A stretch of 64,000 nucleotides of DNA, from the NCBI GenBank assembly GCA_030390025.1, contig CM059432.1, positions 118,236,001 through 118,300,000 of the forward strand, read 5' to 3'. The position numbers and the translations under genes are program-made. This document shows, piece after piece, positions 12,581 through 25,319 of the stretch. How positions within the stretch are numbered: position 1 is the first letter of the stretch; every line of letters begins with the position of its first letter. The notes beneath the pieces were generated by a model. The model had not been told where the DNA came from, did no database searches, and saw only the letters and a program-made list of their open reading frames with translations. The stretch is from Squalus acanthias (taxonomy: Eukaryota).

Positions 12581-15382
12581 GACCATCGACAGCCCCTCTC
12601 CCCACTGTCCAGGAGGAACAGCCTGAGCCAGAAGACTCCTTAGAGGAAGCTGCAACCTCTGAGGGCGCAGCGTCAGCAGAATTAAGCGCACCCAGCACCA
12701 ATGCAGAACCTCCCACCTCGGTGGGACCTTCGCGAGATAGAGTAGTGTTGTCACCTGGTGTATCACAGCTCACAAGTGAGCAACAGCAGATGGTGGAGAC
12801 AGGGACAGCAGTGGAGAGTCCTCGTCGGAGGGCGCAGGACTCTCCCAGCTTGGCTCCACTGCATGTCGACCCTGTGCCTCCGGGTCCATTGTAAGGGTTT
12901 CGTGCCTGTGTCTCAGACGGTGCTGGTGCGAGGTTAGGCCTTCGTTGCCTAATACTATTGCTTGCTCTGGTCTCCGGCCAGCCTTATTGCAATAAGCACC
13001 TGTGAGTGGTTCGACCCACTCACCCTTACGGTTCTAACACTGGACTTAGGTGCAGAAGCAGTAATGCAGAGAAAACTCAAATAGACCCGGTTTATTAGTA
13101 CGAAATGGAAATCTTTATTGCATAGCGTCCAAAATCATGAAGTACATGTCATAGGCGCAAATTAATGAGAGTACAAGTATACATACATTCATAAAGCTTG
13201 GTCTATGGTAATGAAGAACGCACGGCACATCGTAAAAAGGGGAACACATTATACTTTATCCTTAATAAAACCACCCTCCCTTATCCATACCTACACTACG
13301 TCTAGATTTGTAGGATCGGGAAACATGCTCACCACTCGTGTTACTTCGGAGAATTTTAAAGTGAGGCACTCGGCTCGTTTCGCTGCAGCGCCTGACTGTC
13401 ACGTGTTTGGAAGGGTCTCTGTACCCCACTTGTTTATCTTTGCTGCTGCGACAAGCAGGCCCGACTCTCTGTTGTCATGAAGAACTCGACAGAACTCGGA
13501 CACGGTTGTAGAACTCAAAGAAAAATCTTCCTGTTCCCGACACCGATTGTCGGTAGATTTCAATGAAGAGTCTTTCTTGTATTTTCGGGCGCGGTCGGGG
13601 TTTACTGACCGTGGCAGCATGTGGATTCTTCTTCTTTTCTTGTCATTTCGTCTTGTCTTTTCGGGCCTTCGGGTCCAGACACCGTTTACCGACTCTCGGG
13701 ATGGTGCACCCGGTCACTTGCCCTCGTCGGGGCGGCTCGTTCCATTTGAGCTCCACCCAACATTCGAATAACCGTCCAGTGCGACTAAAAGTCCAGAGTC
13801 AACAGAGTCCAGCCCTACAGAAGAGCTTCAGCCAGTGGTCGAGCAGTCAGATAAGAGACCGAATCCAGCGCGTAAGAGTCCAGCCTGAGTCAAGAGAATA
13901 AGAGTCGAATCAAGAGCATCAGCCGAGATAAGAGAGCGATGGACATTTGTTCATTATAGTTATAGTGCTGTGTTCCCTTATCTCCCGCTCAAATCTTAAT
14001 GTTTGTCCTTTGTGTAATATTGGCGCTCAAAACTCCCAGCATGGGGCGATTCTTGTCTTTAACGGGTTTCGGTAGCACCTGAAACTGGCCAACTACCCGT
14101 TAATGTTATCCCCATTGTTGACCTAGCCAGGTTCGTATGAATCGTCTCCCTGACTGGTTTTGGGGGCCCCCGAATACTTGCTTAATCACCCGTCAATGTC
14201 TCTCTCATTGTAGAGCCGTGGGGGTATTTGTGTATTGATGTGTCTGGATGGGCCTTCGATTGCCCAGTACAATGATCCTTACTTGTGCATGGAAAACGAT
14301 TCCAGCACTTATATCTTTGCTATTGTCACAAATGCAAACAGGTTGCATCCTGTCTTTATCAATGTTTATCGAGTATGATCCAATTTTATATCGAATGTTT
14401 ATTCGACGCCATCTTGTCTGCCCACTGTATTTCTGGAAGCTTCTGCCACGATGCACGGTGGCCATTTTACAGGCTTCTGTGTCCTTTATATCATGACAGC
14501 ATTTCGTTTAATAAAACTGATCAAATGAATCTGCTTCTCTTTCGTTATTTTGAATCGCAATAATTGCGAAACTTTACACCATCCAGAAGGAGAGCGGTGC
14601 TGGAACTCCAGGAACAGGTGCAGGAGTCTCTGACAGGTTTTGTCTCCAGGGTCGCTGCGAGTGTGGAATGAATGGAGGAGTCCATCACTAACATGAGCAG
14701 AGCCTTTGTGGAGGCATTGGCGCATGAACGCATCATCACGGAATGGATGGCAACCTCCGTGGGAAGGATGGCTACCTCCGTGGTAAGGCTGGCTACCGTA
14801 GAGGAGAGGATGGCTACGGTAAAGGAGAGGATGGCTACGGCCATGGAGGAGCTTAGTCGCCAGGATCTTGAAAACATGGTCATTGTTCAGAATAGACTGA
14901 CATCTCTTGAGGAGCGATGGTCAGCTATTGAGCAGAGAAACCAGACCTTCATGGAAGTCCACTGGAGTAGGACTTCCAATGCAGAAACGGGTCCTCATGG
15001 CCCCCCTGAAGTACAGCAAGGTGCTGTCAAGCCACTTGCTAGCTCTGAAGTGGGGCTGACCCATGAGAGGGATGTTGGTGGCAGAGAACAAGGAAGTGGG
15101 GGCTCCTCTCAAAGCGCTCGCACGACCATGCCACTGCAGAGCCCTCGGTCAGAGCCCCACCAGAGTCTTCACCCAACTGAGATCAGCGTCTCAGCCTCTG
15201 CACAGCCGCAGGAGCAGCAGACTGTTGCCGAGCCCTCACAGGCTCACAACCCCAGAGAACGCCTGCCAAAGCTGTCGAGACAGGAGCAGCAAGAAAGTGA
15301 GCAAGGTGCCTCCACATCTGCTGAAGCCACAGGGGAAGCACCATGTAGGAGCATGTGTAAGAGGAAGATAAAGCACAAGTAG
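12581..15382 (+). pseudogene. Harbinger ORF2 (Myb/SANT partner gene) 3' exon, split by the LTR insertion
   Basis: Acceptor ctttcctttactcccccacag ends at 12580; removing the LTR and one TSD restores the frame (PGP-SRRRAVLELQEQ...VE*MEES...RKIKHK); convergent with the transposase; the Myb domain itself is not present. Confidence 0.65.
12890..14578 (-). mobile_element. Solo LTR (1689 bp), copy 2, inverted relative to copy 1
   Basis: TGTAAGGGTTT...AAACTTTACA termini, 4-bp TSD ccat/ccat. Confidence 0.88.
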
Positions 15383-15641
15383 TCACAAGGGTAGTCACTT
15401 GGGTGTTCTGTTGTGTTTATTTTTGAAAAGCCATTCCGTGAATTGTGATGATAAAAAAAATTGATGGCAAACTGTTGAAGTTGTGGCCTGTGTCATTTTG
15501 CAAATGGGACTTCCACATTGAGGGCTTAGGGCAACTTGCAATTGTCAGTATGGTGGTCAGAGTGATAGGAATCCGCTGGTTCTTGTCCATTGTCGAAGCT
15601 CTGGTAAGAAGGTGTGAGGCAAAAGTGTTTGATTGGGCAGG

Positions 15642-16874
15642 CTAAGCAAATCTGGCCAAGATGAGTGCGTCCCTTATATCCTGGGCCGCAATGTGCTCGC
15701 ATCCTGCTGCCGCTGGTTGATGCGCCTCCGCAAGCTGTTCGTTGTCCTCCTCCTCCTCATCTGAGGAGGCTATGCAATCAGCCACTTGTACCTCAGCCAG
15801 CTGCAAGCCACGATGCTGTGCCATGATTTGAACTGCACAGCAGACCACGATGATTCTGGAGACCCTGGCTGCTGAGTACTGCAGGGCTCCACCTGATCTA
15901 TCAAGGCATCTGAAGCGCATCTTCAGGAAGCTGATGGTTTGCTCGATTATGGATCTGGTGGAAATGTGGCTGGAGTTGTAGCGCTCCTCAGCTTCGTTGG
16001 ATGGCCTCTTCAACGGCGTCATTAGCCACGTCTTCAGGGGATAGCCCTTGTCTCCAAGTAGCCATCCAAAAAGTTGGTCTGGCAGACTGAAGAGCAGAAG
16101 CACACTAGACTGGTGCAGGATGAAGGAGTCATGGCAACTGCCAGGGTACTTGGTGCAAACATGCAAAATTTCCTTCTTGTGGTCACACACCAGCTGTACG
16201 TTGAGGGAGTGGAAGCCTTTGCGGTTGACAAAAATACCTGGATTATGATGGGGTGCCTTAAGGGCCACATGTGTGCAGTCAACGACACCCTGCAACCTTG
16301 GAAAGCCTGCCAGATTCGCAAACCCAACCACACGCGCGGTTACACTTGCTTGATCCTTGGAGAAGTTGATGTAATTGTGCGCGATGGCAAAGAGGGCATC
16401 GGTTACCTGCGTGATGCAAGTGTGTGTGGCCGCCTGGGAGATGCCGCTGATGTTTGCTGTTGATCCCTGGAATGAGTCTGAAGCAAAAAAGTTGAGTGTG
16501 GTGGTGACTTTGACGGCCACTGGTAAGGGGTGTCCACCCGCTCCTCTGGGCTCCAGGTCTTGCTGCAGCATTGCGCAGATGTCACCCACTACCTCTTGCG
16601 AAAGTCTGAGCCTCCTTTGGCACTGCTGCTCTGTAATGTTGAGGTAGCTCATCCTCTGTCTGTAAACCCTGTTTTGGGGGTATCTCCTGTGGCAATCTGC
16701 TTCCATGCGCTGGCATCTTCTGGCCTGTGCAGCTTCAGGTGGGTGAGCAGCAGCTTGGCGCTCCTGCTGTTGCTCCTGCTGTTGGTGCTGCTGTTGTTCA
16801 GGGTTCTGCTGCTGCCGCAGCTGGTCTTCGTCCGAATCTGATGTTCAGGAGGAAAGGAAATAAATGGGTCCCAT
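15642..16874 (-). pseudogene. Harbinger/PIF DDE transposase (HARBI1-family), nearly intact; 354-aa ORF at 15642-16706
   Basis: [42 protein letters not shown] motifs; upstream in-frame ATG at 16874 is followed by one TGA at 16845-16847; element end aaaatcgagccc at ~17378. Confidence 0.92.
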
Positions 16875-17604
16875 TCTTCTGGTATATACCTCAGTTGAGG
16901 AAGCGCTCAGCAAGGTGAGGAGAGGGGTTTCCCAGGAGGTCACACTGGAGATGGGTCTCAGGCTCCAAACTTCCACAAGAATGAGTAGGCTTGCTAAAAG
17001 TTCCCCCAGACCTGAGACAACAAAGTTCTGCCACCTGCAAATTATGATTGCTGAAAACTCCTTTTTAATGGTGGAGCTGCAGCTGTTAGTAAGCAATCCA
17101 CTTGTGAGGCCGCTAGGATTAACTGGCGTGTTCCAGAGGAGACGTGCAGCACGGGGGAAATGTGTTAAATTCAAAATGGGATTATAGAGGCATTTAACTG
17201 GTTGTTAAAGGCCTTAAGGGCCTATCGCGGCTCTTGGAGGCGGGATGGAAACGGGGTCTGAAACCACGATTGTGGGAAAATTGCTCGGAGGCGGGATCGG
17301 ATCCGCCCACCATTTTTTGTGATTTTAACACCTCACACGCCTCCAAACCCTCCACCTCGGGCCTGGCAAAATCGAGCCCTATGTATTTGGACTTTCAGAA
17401 AGCTTTTGACAAGGTTCCCCACAGTAAGTTACTTTATACCATGCTTGCTACAGTATTGAAGTCTGTTGAATATGGAAGGAACCTAGGAGTTATAGTAGAT
17501 GTGTCTCTGAAAGTGTATGATCAATTCCATTAAACTATTGCAAAGGCAAAAAGAGTACTAGTGGTGTATAGTGAGGACAATTCAGTATAAAGCTAAAAGA
17601 ACTA

Positions 17605-17876
17605 GGCCTAGAAATTCGGGCGCACCTATTTTTGGGCATACGAAGGGCCTGAATGTAGAAGCGCCGGCTACATCAGTGCAAGCTAAACTTGCAGTGGGGG
17701 CTTTAAACAGCCTAACAGGTGTGGGCACTGTACACCAATTTTTTGTCCTTTACCAATATGATGGGTGGCACACTTTCGGCTCGTAATGAGCGTGCACTTT
17801 CTGCCCGCCATATTGGAGGCTTAGGAAGAAGTTTAGTGCCTTCAAAATGGGCGATGTGCGGTTGAATTTCTTGCCC
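17605..17876. mobile_element. Harbinger-type MITE
   Basis: ggcctagaaattc ... gaatttcttgccc; TSD cta/cta. Confidence 0.75.
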
Positions 17877-18007
17877 CTAGTGTCTTTGTACATGACTTTA
17901 CTTAGGCCCCATCTGGAATAGTGTTAAGTTTTCATCCCCTCACATAGAGGCGATAGAGATGATATAGAGGCCCTGGAAAAGGTACAAAGGAGGGCCACTA
18001 GAATGAT

Positions 18008-18205
18008 TGAAACAACAACAGAAAACGCTGGAAAAACTCAGCAGGCCAGGCAACATCCGTGGAGAGAGAAACAGAGTTAACGTTTCAGGTCGAAACCCTT
18101 CGTCAGAACTGAGAAAAAAGCAGGAAATGAAACATAAAAAAGCAAGGGGGAGGCTGGGGGGAGGAATAAAAGAACAAAAGGGGTGGTCTATGGTAAGTAG
18201 AGACA
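18008..18205 (-). mobile_element. Short Penelope-derived repeat with intact hammerhead motif (18075-18110)
   Basis: 11-bp TSD actagaatgat; minus strand reads agtt CTGACGA a gggt ttcg acct GAAA c gtt aact. Confidence 0.85.
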
Positions 18206-18330
18206 ACTAGAATGATCCCTACTTTAAAAGCTCTTAGTTAGGCTTAGATAACTGGGTCTGCTTACCCTAGAAAAAAGTAGGCTTCAAGTAAATTTAATTG
18301 AAGGGTTTAAAATGATGAAGGGAATAAACT

Positions 18331-18727
18331 ATTATTATATATTTTTTTCTCTCGCCCACACGGCAGCTGTCTCTCCTTCTGCTAATGCCATTTACACTTC
18401 ATCTAGAGCCATCTTTTGTTTCTTAACTTGTCCCATTACCATCTCCTTTTGCCTTGCATCATCTCTTAATGTCTCTTAATCTCTCCTGCCTTCCACCCTA
18501 TCACAGACCTTCCCTTTTGTTCTTTCCTCCCCTCCCCCCTTTCCCTGCCTTTGCACTTGCTTAGAAACCTGTTCCATCTCCAGCTTTTTTCCAGTTCTGA
18601 CGAAGGGTCATCGACCTGAAATGTTAACTCTGTTTCTCTCTTCACAGATGCTGTCTGACCTGCTGAGCATTTCCAGCATTTTCTGTTTTTATTTCAGATT
18701 TCCAGCATCCGCAGTATTTTGCTTTTG
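18331..18727 (+). mobile_element. Short Penelope-derived repeat with hammerhead motif (18593-18629)
   Basis: agtt CTGACGA agggtc atc gacct GAAA tgtt aact followed by ctgtttctctc...gatgctgtctgacctgctgagc...ttccagcatccgcagtattttgc; possible TSD aaact. Confidence 0.8.
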
Positions 18728-19409
18728 AAACTGTGTCCATGTGGACAGACAATTTGAACTAGATAGGTTCGGGAAAATGAGGGATCATGCAGACAAGCTG
18801 TGCAAGCATAGGAGTAGGTTAGATGTCAGGAGGTTTTCCATTACGCAGTGGGTTGTCGACACTTGGAACAAGTTACCAGGTCATATGGTGAGTGCCATTG
18901 GATCTTTTGTCTACCTGAAGAAGCAAGACAGGGACTTGGTTTGGTAGACAAGGCCTTATTTTAACATCTGATCAGGAAGATGGTGCCTCCAATAATGCAG
19001 CATTCCCTCAGTACTGGAACAGTTCAAAAGAAAGCTGGACAAGTTCCTTGCTGTGACTAATATCACTGAGTATAAAAGACAGGAGGGATGTTGTGAATGT
19101 ACCTCATGATCAATGTGATCTCCTGGAACTTGTTTTGATCATTTTCAGGGATTGGAGAAGAATTCCACAGATTTCTTTCTTTCCCTGAATTGGCCTAAGG
19201 TCTTTTTAATCTGATTTCTCACCTTTCCCAGGAGATGACATGACTATAAATGAGAAAGCATACACTGCAAGAGATAATGCTTAGTTGGAGCATGACTGCT
19301 TGTGGCAGGCTGGATGGACCAGCGAGTCTTTTCCACTCCGTTATTTTGTATGTTCTCATCTGAAAGATGGTACCTCCAATAATGCAGCATTCCCTCAGTG
19401 CTGCACTTC

Positions 19410-19710
19410 GTAGGAGCAGGAGTAGGTCATTTGGCCCATCGAGCCTGCTCCACCATTCAATAAGATCATGGCCGATCTGATCTTGGCCTCAACTCCACTT
19501 CCCTGCCCGCTCCCCATAACCCTTGACTCCCTTACCTTTCAAAAATCTGTCAATCTCCACCTTAAATATATTCAATGATCCTCTCTGCATCTACCCTGTC
19601 AAGCCCTTTCAGAATCTTATATGTTTCAATAAGATCACATCTCATTCTTCGAAACTCCAATGAGTATAGGCCCAACCTGCTCAACCTTTCTTCATAAGGC
19701 AACCCCTTTG
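19410..19710 (-). mobile_element. CR1/HER1 3' fragment with internal deletion
   Basis: aggagcaggagtagg...gagcctgctccaccattcaataagatcatgg tail. Confidence 0.8.
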
Positions 19711-20944
19711 TAGATCATTGGCGAGATTGCTAACACTGAGCCAAGCCAACTGAACATTGTAGTTGTGAAAGATATATTCAAATAGATACAGTGATGTTAT
19801 CAAGGATATAGCAAATAAGGTGTTAGAAATAAAAATAGCAAAACTATGTAAATTATATTATGGCGGGAGAGAGAATGTACTGCAGCAAGTCATTTCCATG
19901 AGCCAAGCCATGTTTCAATCCCCACTGCTCTAATGTTTCAAAGGCAAAATTGACATGCCGTAGAATAATTGGTGGACCTTTAGACCATGGAGGGTTCGCA
20001 AAGGGAATCATAGGGAGACGGCAGGACGTCACATTTCTTCCACAAATAAGCCTAAAAAAGTCAAATCCAAACAGAATTGTTGCCGACTGTCAAAGGAATC
20101 AATTCCATCCGGCACCTTTTACAGTAGTCTGAGCTTGGAATTCCAGTCGTGTTCACCTGCCTCGCATCAACAAGGGAGGCAGTAAAGAAAATGAGGGAAG
20201 GTGGGATCTGAGTGTGAGAGAGACAAAGGGGAAAAATGAAACAAAAAGCACGGAGGGAGTCAGAACCAGCTAAAAAGAGACAGTGGCAGAAACAAGAGAC
20301 AAAACTCGGAAGTTCCACGGGGATTCTCCTGATTCCTGCCGTAACATCAGATCAGTGTTTAAACATGAATACATTGTCAACCTTCTCCCAACCTGCCACC
20401 ACTCACATCTGCTTTTTCACTTAACTTAACAAAGGCAGGATGTTTGCTCCTTCTCGCTGCTGTTTGTACCATTCTGAGCCCACACTGTTTCTATTATTAT
20501 TCAAGATGTGATTCCATAGTAAAGCAGTGAAGTAGCTGCTGATAATTATACTTTCTAACCCTCGCCCCGAAGCCAGGCTGGAGCCAGTCAGATGGCTGAT
20601 ATTACACTCCTTTTATTAATAGTCAGGTTTTAGTTGAGCCATTTATTCTCACTTCAATTTAAAATTGTAGCTATACAGTTTTCAATCAGGTGGAGATGAA
20701 ATGTGGACAGCATTCATTCATCTCCCATCAATTGTATCGCAATGAACAGAGCACAAGCCAAGAAATCAGGGTCCGCCTCTGTGAATCTGTTTGTTTATTA
20801 TCGTGCTGCGAAGTAAGGAAGTAGTTTAAAAGTTCACACTATTTCTCACCAATGGAGGGTTCAGAAAAGAGTGCAGGCATATTTATAGATGATGCCATTT
20901 ATGACTTGAGGTGCCGATGCACGAGACAAATGAAGGTTACGGTG

Positions 20945-21075
20945 AAAACAGCAAGTGCTGAAAACACTCAGCAGGACAGGCAGCGTCTGCGGAAAGAGGA
21001 AGGTTTCAGGTTGATGACCTTTTGTCAGAACCATGTTTTTATTTCAGATTTCCAGCATCTGCAGTGTTTTGCATT
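20945..21075. mobile_element. Collapsed short Penelope-derived repeat
   Basis: Inverted arm with degenerate hammerhead joined to tttatttcagatttccagcatctgcag. Confidence 0.7.
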
Positions 21076-22349
21076 ATGTTCAAATGAAGGTTGCTCTGGT
21101 GGTCACTCAAGGGCACCCTTGCCAGGGAAGAGTTGTCTAAAATGTCTGGAAGGAGATAGTTGACAGGGTGATTGTTTCCATGATACAGACAGTCTGAACC
21201 AGCTTTGTGCTTTTAGGAGGCAACATTAAGAGACTCCTACTCTGATATCAGCTTGAAAGGCATTGAAAAGATAGCCACAATGCTATCAAGAATTCCAGAT
21301 TATGTGGGTCAACATGGGAAAGAAAACCATACATCTACCATCAAGGACACTCCCCCAAGAGAAAACTGTCTATTTCTCTTTATAGGGTAAACATTCCAGG
21401 ATGTGCTCTCCAAAGCTTGGGCTTTGTGGAGTTGAACCTGCCACATGTTCCCTGTTCGTGAGGTAACTTTTGATTTGGCCCCCAATTATGAGGCTGACTC
21501 ATCCCCATCTATCAGGCTGCTTCTGGGGCCTGCATGCAAGGAGGCTGAGTTTATGAACACTACTGCAGTGATCTAAAGGGCTGCAGTAATCTAAAGGGCT
21601 GCAGCAGCAAAGGTTAAGTTATTCTTCTTTGCCATTCTGCAGTCAGTGTTAATACTATGGAATTTGAAGTAAAAATGAAATGGCAACTGGCAGATCATAC
21701 AATAAGATAAAGAATATGCCAACAAGGAAAATAATTATGCAGTTTTACCCTATATTAACGTGTGTCACACAGATACATTTTTCATTACAATAATGTTGAG
21801 TGTTCAGCATCTTCCAATTATTTTAAATCACTCAATCATATTTTGTACCGAATAGCAGAATATTTTAAGGTCTGAAATTTGTAAGACAGCAAGATTTCAT
21901 TAAAAAATTAAGCAACCGCATAGGTTGCAAAGTCAGTGGTGAGAAAGCCCCAGAAAAAAAACTCATTTAAAGTTTTCCCTCGTAACTTAAAGAAAAATGC
22001 AGGGATTAAAGAAATTAATGAAACATTTTGAGATTCAAATTAATCAATGCTCCGAATTAAACTTCCATTTCATATAAACTGGAGGGAAGTGCTTTAAAGG
22101 TCCGTGCTATTTATAAAATGGTTCCTGAAACATACAGGCATTTTTATAGATGGGGCTCTTGAGGTGTGGATGCATGCAGTGAGTTAAAGGAAGGGTGATT
22201 GTTTTCTGCAACACACAGAGCACCTGGCTGCAAAGGTGAAAGACAATGGTAAATCTGAGAAAAGGTGCCATGGTAATGTTACCCAACAGGTTCCTATAGT
22301 ATCTGTCCCAGGTATGTGTGTCACTCAGTGTGTTCTCAGATCCTCAGAT

Positions 22350-22555
22350 CCCCCTACGGCAGCTGTCTCTCATTCTGCCAGCATTTCACACCTCACCTTT
22401 TGTTTCTTAACCTGTCCCATTACCATCTCGTCTTGCCTTGAGCATCGCTTAATGTCTCTACTTACCATAGACCCCCGGATGTTGCCTGGCCTGCTGAGTT
22501 TTTCCAGCGTTTTCTGTTGTTATTTCGGATTTCCAGCATCTGCAGTATTTTGCTA
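22350..22555 (+). mobile_element. Internally deleted short Penelope-derived repeat
   Basis: Matches 18360-18725 and 18008-18205 segments; flanks resemble gtgttctcagatcct. Confidence 0.7.
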
Positions 22556-23569
22556 TCGTGTTCTCAGATCCTGTTACTCTCATATAGCTATCATGCAACC
22601 TTAGAGCACTTCAAATGCTTATTAGGGATGGACAATAAATGCTGGCCTTGCAAGTGACGCCCACATCTCATGAACAAATTTTAAAAATGCTTAACGTGGA
22701 TGGTCGTACAGCAACATGGCACACAGACAGATAAGTTACATTTGAAACTGTTGTCACGCTAAAGTCTTAGTGATGCTTCACCCAGCAGCACACCCCAGCT
22801 GTAGAGTGCATGCTCAGTTACTGACCCATAGCTGCAGGATAGGTCCTATGGATGTCATCAATGCCCAGTGCAGTAAGTTTGGATGGTTGTGTTGTGCTGA
22901 TGTTGCTATTCAGTGTGAAAGGAAAGGGACTTGTTGACAATAGAACAGTAACTTGTTTGCTACACCTATGGGTAGCCAATTGGTGATACTGCGGATGATC
23001 CTTATGATAACTTGGAAGGAGGCAGAATCATAACAGTTAAGGGAGTAAGTGCCATTGACTGCCAGTACTGTCCCTAAGTGGGTGTTGCCTGCAGGTGTCC
23101 TTTTAGCAGATGGCAACATTCTACAAATACCACGACACTAATCCAGAGCCTGTGGAGTAAGTCCTCCTCAGTCATTGCCAGGTGGTTGCCAGGGCCTACA
23201 GACCGGTTGCCTTTTTAATGGTGGGCGTGGCCAGTCCAGCTCTAGCGCCAATTGATCCCCCTGGCATGTCTTCTTTGATCTTCTTTGTCTTCAAAGATGA
23301 AAACTTGCGGTGGGGGTGTTTTGAATGTAAACCCAATATTAACAGAAAATGTCCAGTTTTAAAATGGCTGTGCATGTTCCTCACATCTCTTCTCCACATG
23401 CAGTAATGTTGCTATACTTTAAACCCCTCTCACCCCCCAGTTAAATGGGTAACTTAATGTTGGGCAGACTTCCGCCCAGATCATGAAAACCTGTGGCTGC
23501 ATCACAATGATAACGCGTCCATAATGAAGCAGACCGTGGGTGCTGTGTTTTATGAGTGGCGACCTGATT

Positions 23570-24412
23570 ACATAGGATTACATAGGATATACGACACAGA
23601 AACAGGCCGTTCGGCCCAACCAGTCCATGCCGGTGTTTATGCTCCACTCGAGCCTCCTCCCGTCTTTCCTCATCTAACTCAATCAGCATAACCCTCTATT
23701 CCCCTTTCCCTCATACGTTTGTCCAGCCTCCCCTTAAATGCATCTATACTATTTGCTTCAACCACTCCTTGTGGTAGCGAGTTCCACATTCTCGCCACTC
23801 TTTGGGTAAAGAGGTTTCTTCTGAATTCCCTATTGGATTTCTTGGTGACTATCTTATATTGATGGCCTCTAGTTATGCTCTTCCCCACAAGTGGAAACAT
23901 TCTCTCTGTATCCACTCTATCAAAACCTTTCATATAAATTTAAAGACCTCTATTAGGTCACCCCTCAGCCTTCTTTTTCAAGTGAAAAGCGACCCAGCCT
24001 GTTCATCCTTTCCTGATATGTATACCCTTGCATTTCTGGTATCATCCTTGTAAATCTTCTCTGCACCCTCTCCAGTGCCTCTATATCCTTTTTATAATAT
24101 GGTGACCAGAAATGTACGCAGTACTATAAGTATGGTCTAACCAAAGTTCGATACAGGTTCAGCATAACTTCCCTACTTTTCAATTGTATACCTCTAGAAA
24201 TAAACCCTAGTGCTTGGTTTACTTTTTTTATGGCCTTGCTAACCTGTGTTGCAACTTTTAGTGATTTGTGTATTTGTACTCCGAGATCCCTGTGTTCCTC
24301 TACCCCACCTAGACTCGCACCCTCCAAGTGATAAGTGACCTCCCTATTCTTCCTACCAAAATATAATACCTCACATTTATCTGTGTTGAACTTCATTTGC
24401 CAATTATATGCC
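23570..24412 (-). mobile_element. CR1 LINE 3' fragment
   Basis: WQMKFNTDKCEV...LYRTLVRP, FTQRVARMWNSLP; (tatg)n-like 3' end. Confidence 0.9.
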
Positions 24413-24519
24413 GATGAAGTGCCCAAGTCTTAATTCTGTCATTCTTGCTTGTCCATTTACTGCCGAACTGAACATCTGCTCTTATACTACAGAATCACTT
24501 TGTGAAGAAGTAGTCCAGT

Positions 24520-25160
24520 AAAAACAACAACAACCTGCATCAGAAAAAAATGGATGTTGGAGCCTAAGAAAGTGATATTAGGAGGGGTTAAAGAGTTGGG
24601 TATTAAGGAGGGTCTCAAAGATGGAGAGGAATGTGGAGGCAGAGGGGTTTCATGAAAGAATTCCAGATTGTAAGGCCTAGAAGCTGAAGACTGAATGCAC
24701 GGCTACCAATTTTGGGGTGAAGTGAGTGGGGGATGCAGAAGAGACCAGAGTCAAATGAATAGAGAATTTGGGGGAATTTGTAGGGCTGGAGGAGGTTACA
24801 GAGATTGGAAGGGGCAAGGCTATGAAGGGATTTAAACATGAGGATGAGAAATTCGAATTGGAAGTATTGGGGAACTAGGTCAGAAAGGACAGGGGTGATG
24901 AGTGCAGGATAGCCTACTGGCAGCAGAGTTTTGGATGAGCTGAAGTTTATCGAGGGTCCCGTATGGAAGGCCAGCCAAGAGAGCATTGAACAGCCGAGTC
25001 TGGACGTGACAAAGGCATTGTTGAGGTCTGCAACAGCAGATGGGCTGAGGTAAGGGCAGTGGTGGGCAATGTTATGAAGGTAGAGGAAGACAGTCTTTAT
25101 GATGGAGAGGATATCGGGTTGGAAGCTCAGGTTGGGTTCAAATAGGATGCCAAACAACCT
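24520..25160 (-). mobile_element. L2 LINE 3' fragment
   Basis: AFVTSRL..., FKSLHSLAP.., RAFS....WNS; (gtt)n end. Confidence 0.8.
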
Positions 25161-25319
25161 CGTACCCCAGGTTTGTGGTGGAACCTATCCTTTTTTACAT
25201 TATGGGCGAGAAGTTTAATATAGGGAAAAATGGGATTTGGAAGGAATGAGAAGTCAGAAAGGATGAACTTTGAATTTAAGTGCGGAACAATAGATAAAGA
25301 TACAATCCCTGGAATTGGA

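Larger units (their letters stand above)
17380..19350 (+). mobile_element. Old fragmented CR1 LINE, interrupted by a MITE and two hammerhead-bearing repeats
   Basis: [13 protein letters not shown], cccatctggaata, WVVDTWNKLP pieces and a 3' tail ending ttttgtatgttc. Confidence 0.75.

Noticed and set aside
8385..14578. One large DNA transposon or foldback element with 1.6-kb TIRs
   Set aside because: Each arm has its own distinct 4-bp TSD, and the second interrupts a Harbinger exon.
15642..16706. Host gene HARBI1
   Set aside because: It lies inside a TIR-ended element with a convergent partner ORF, an upstream nonsense codon and several decayed relatives in the window.
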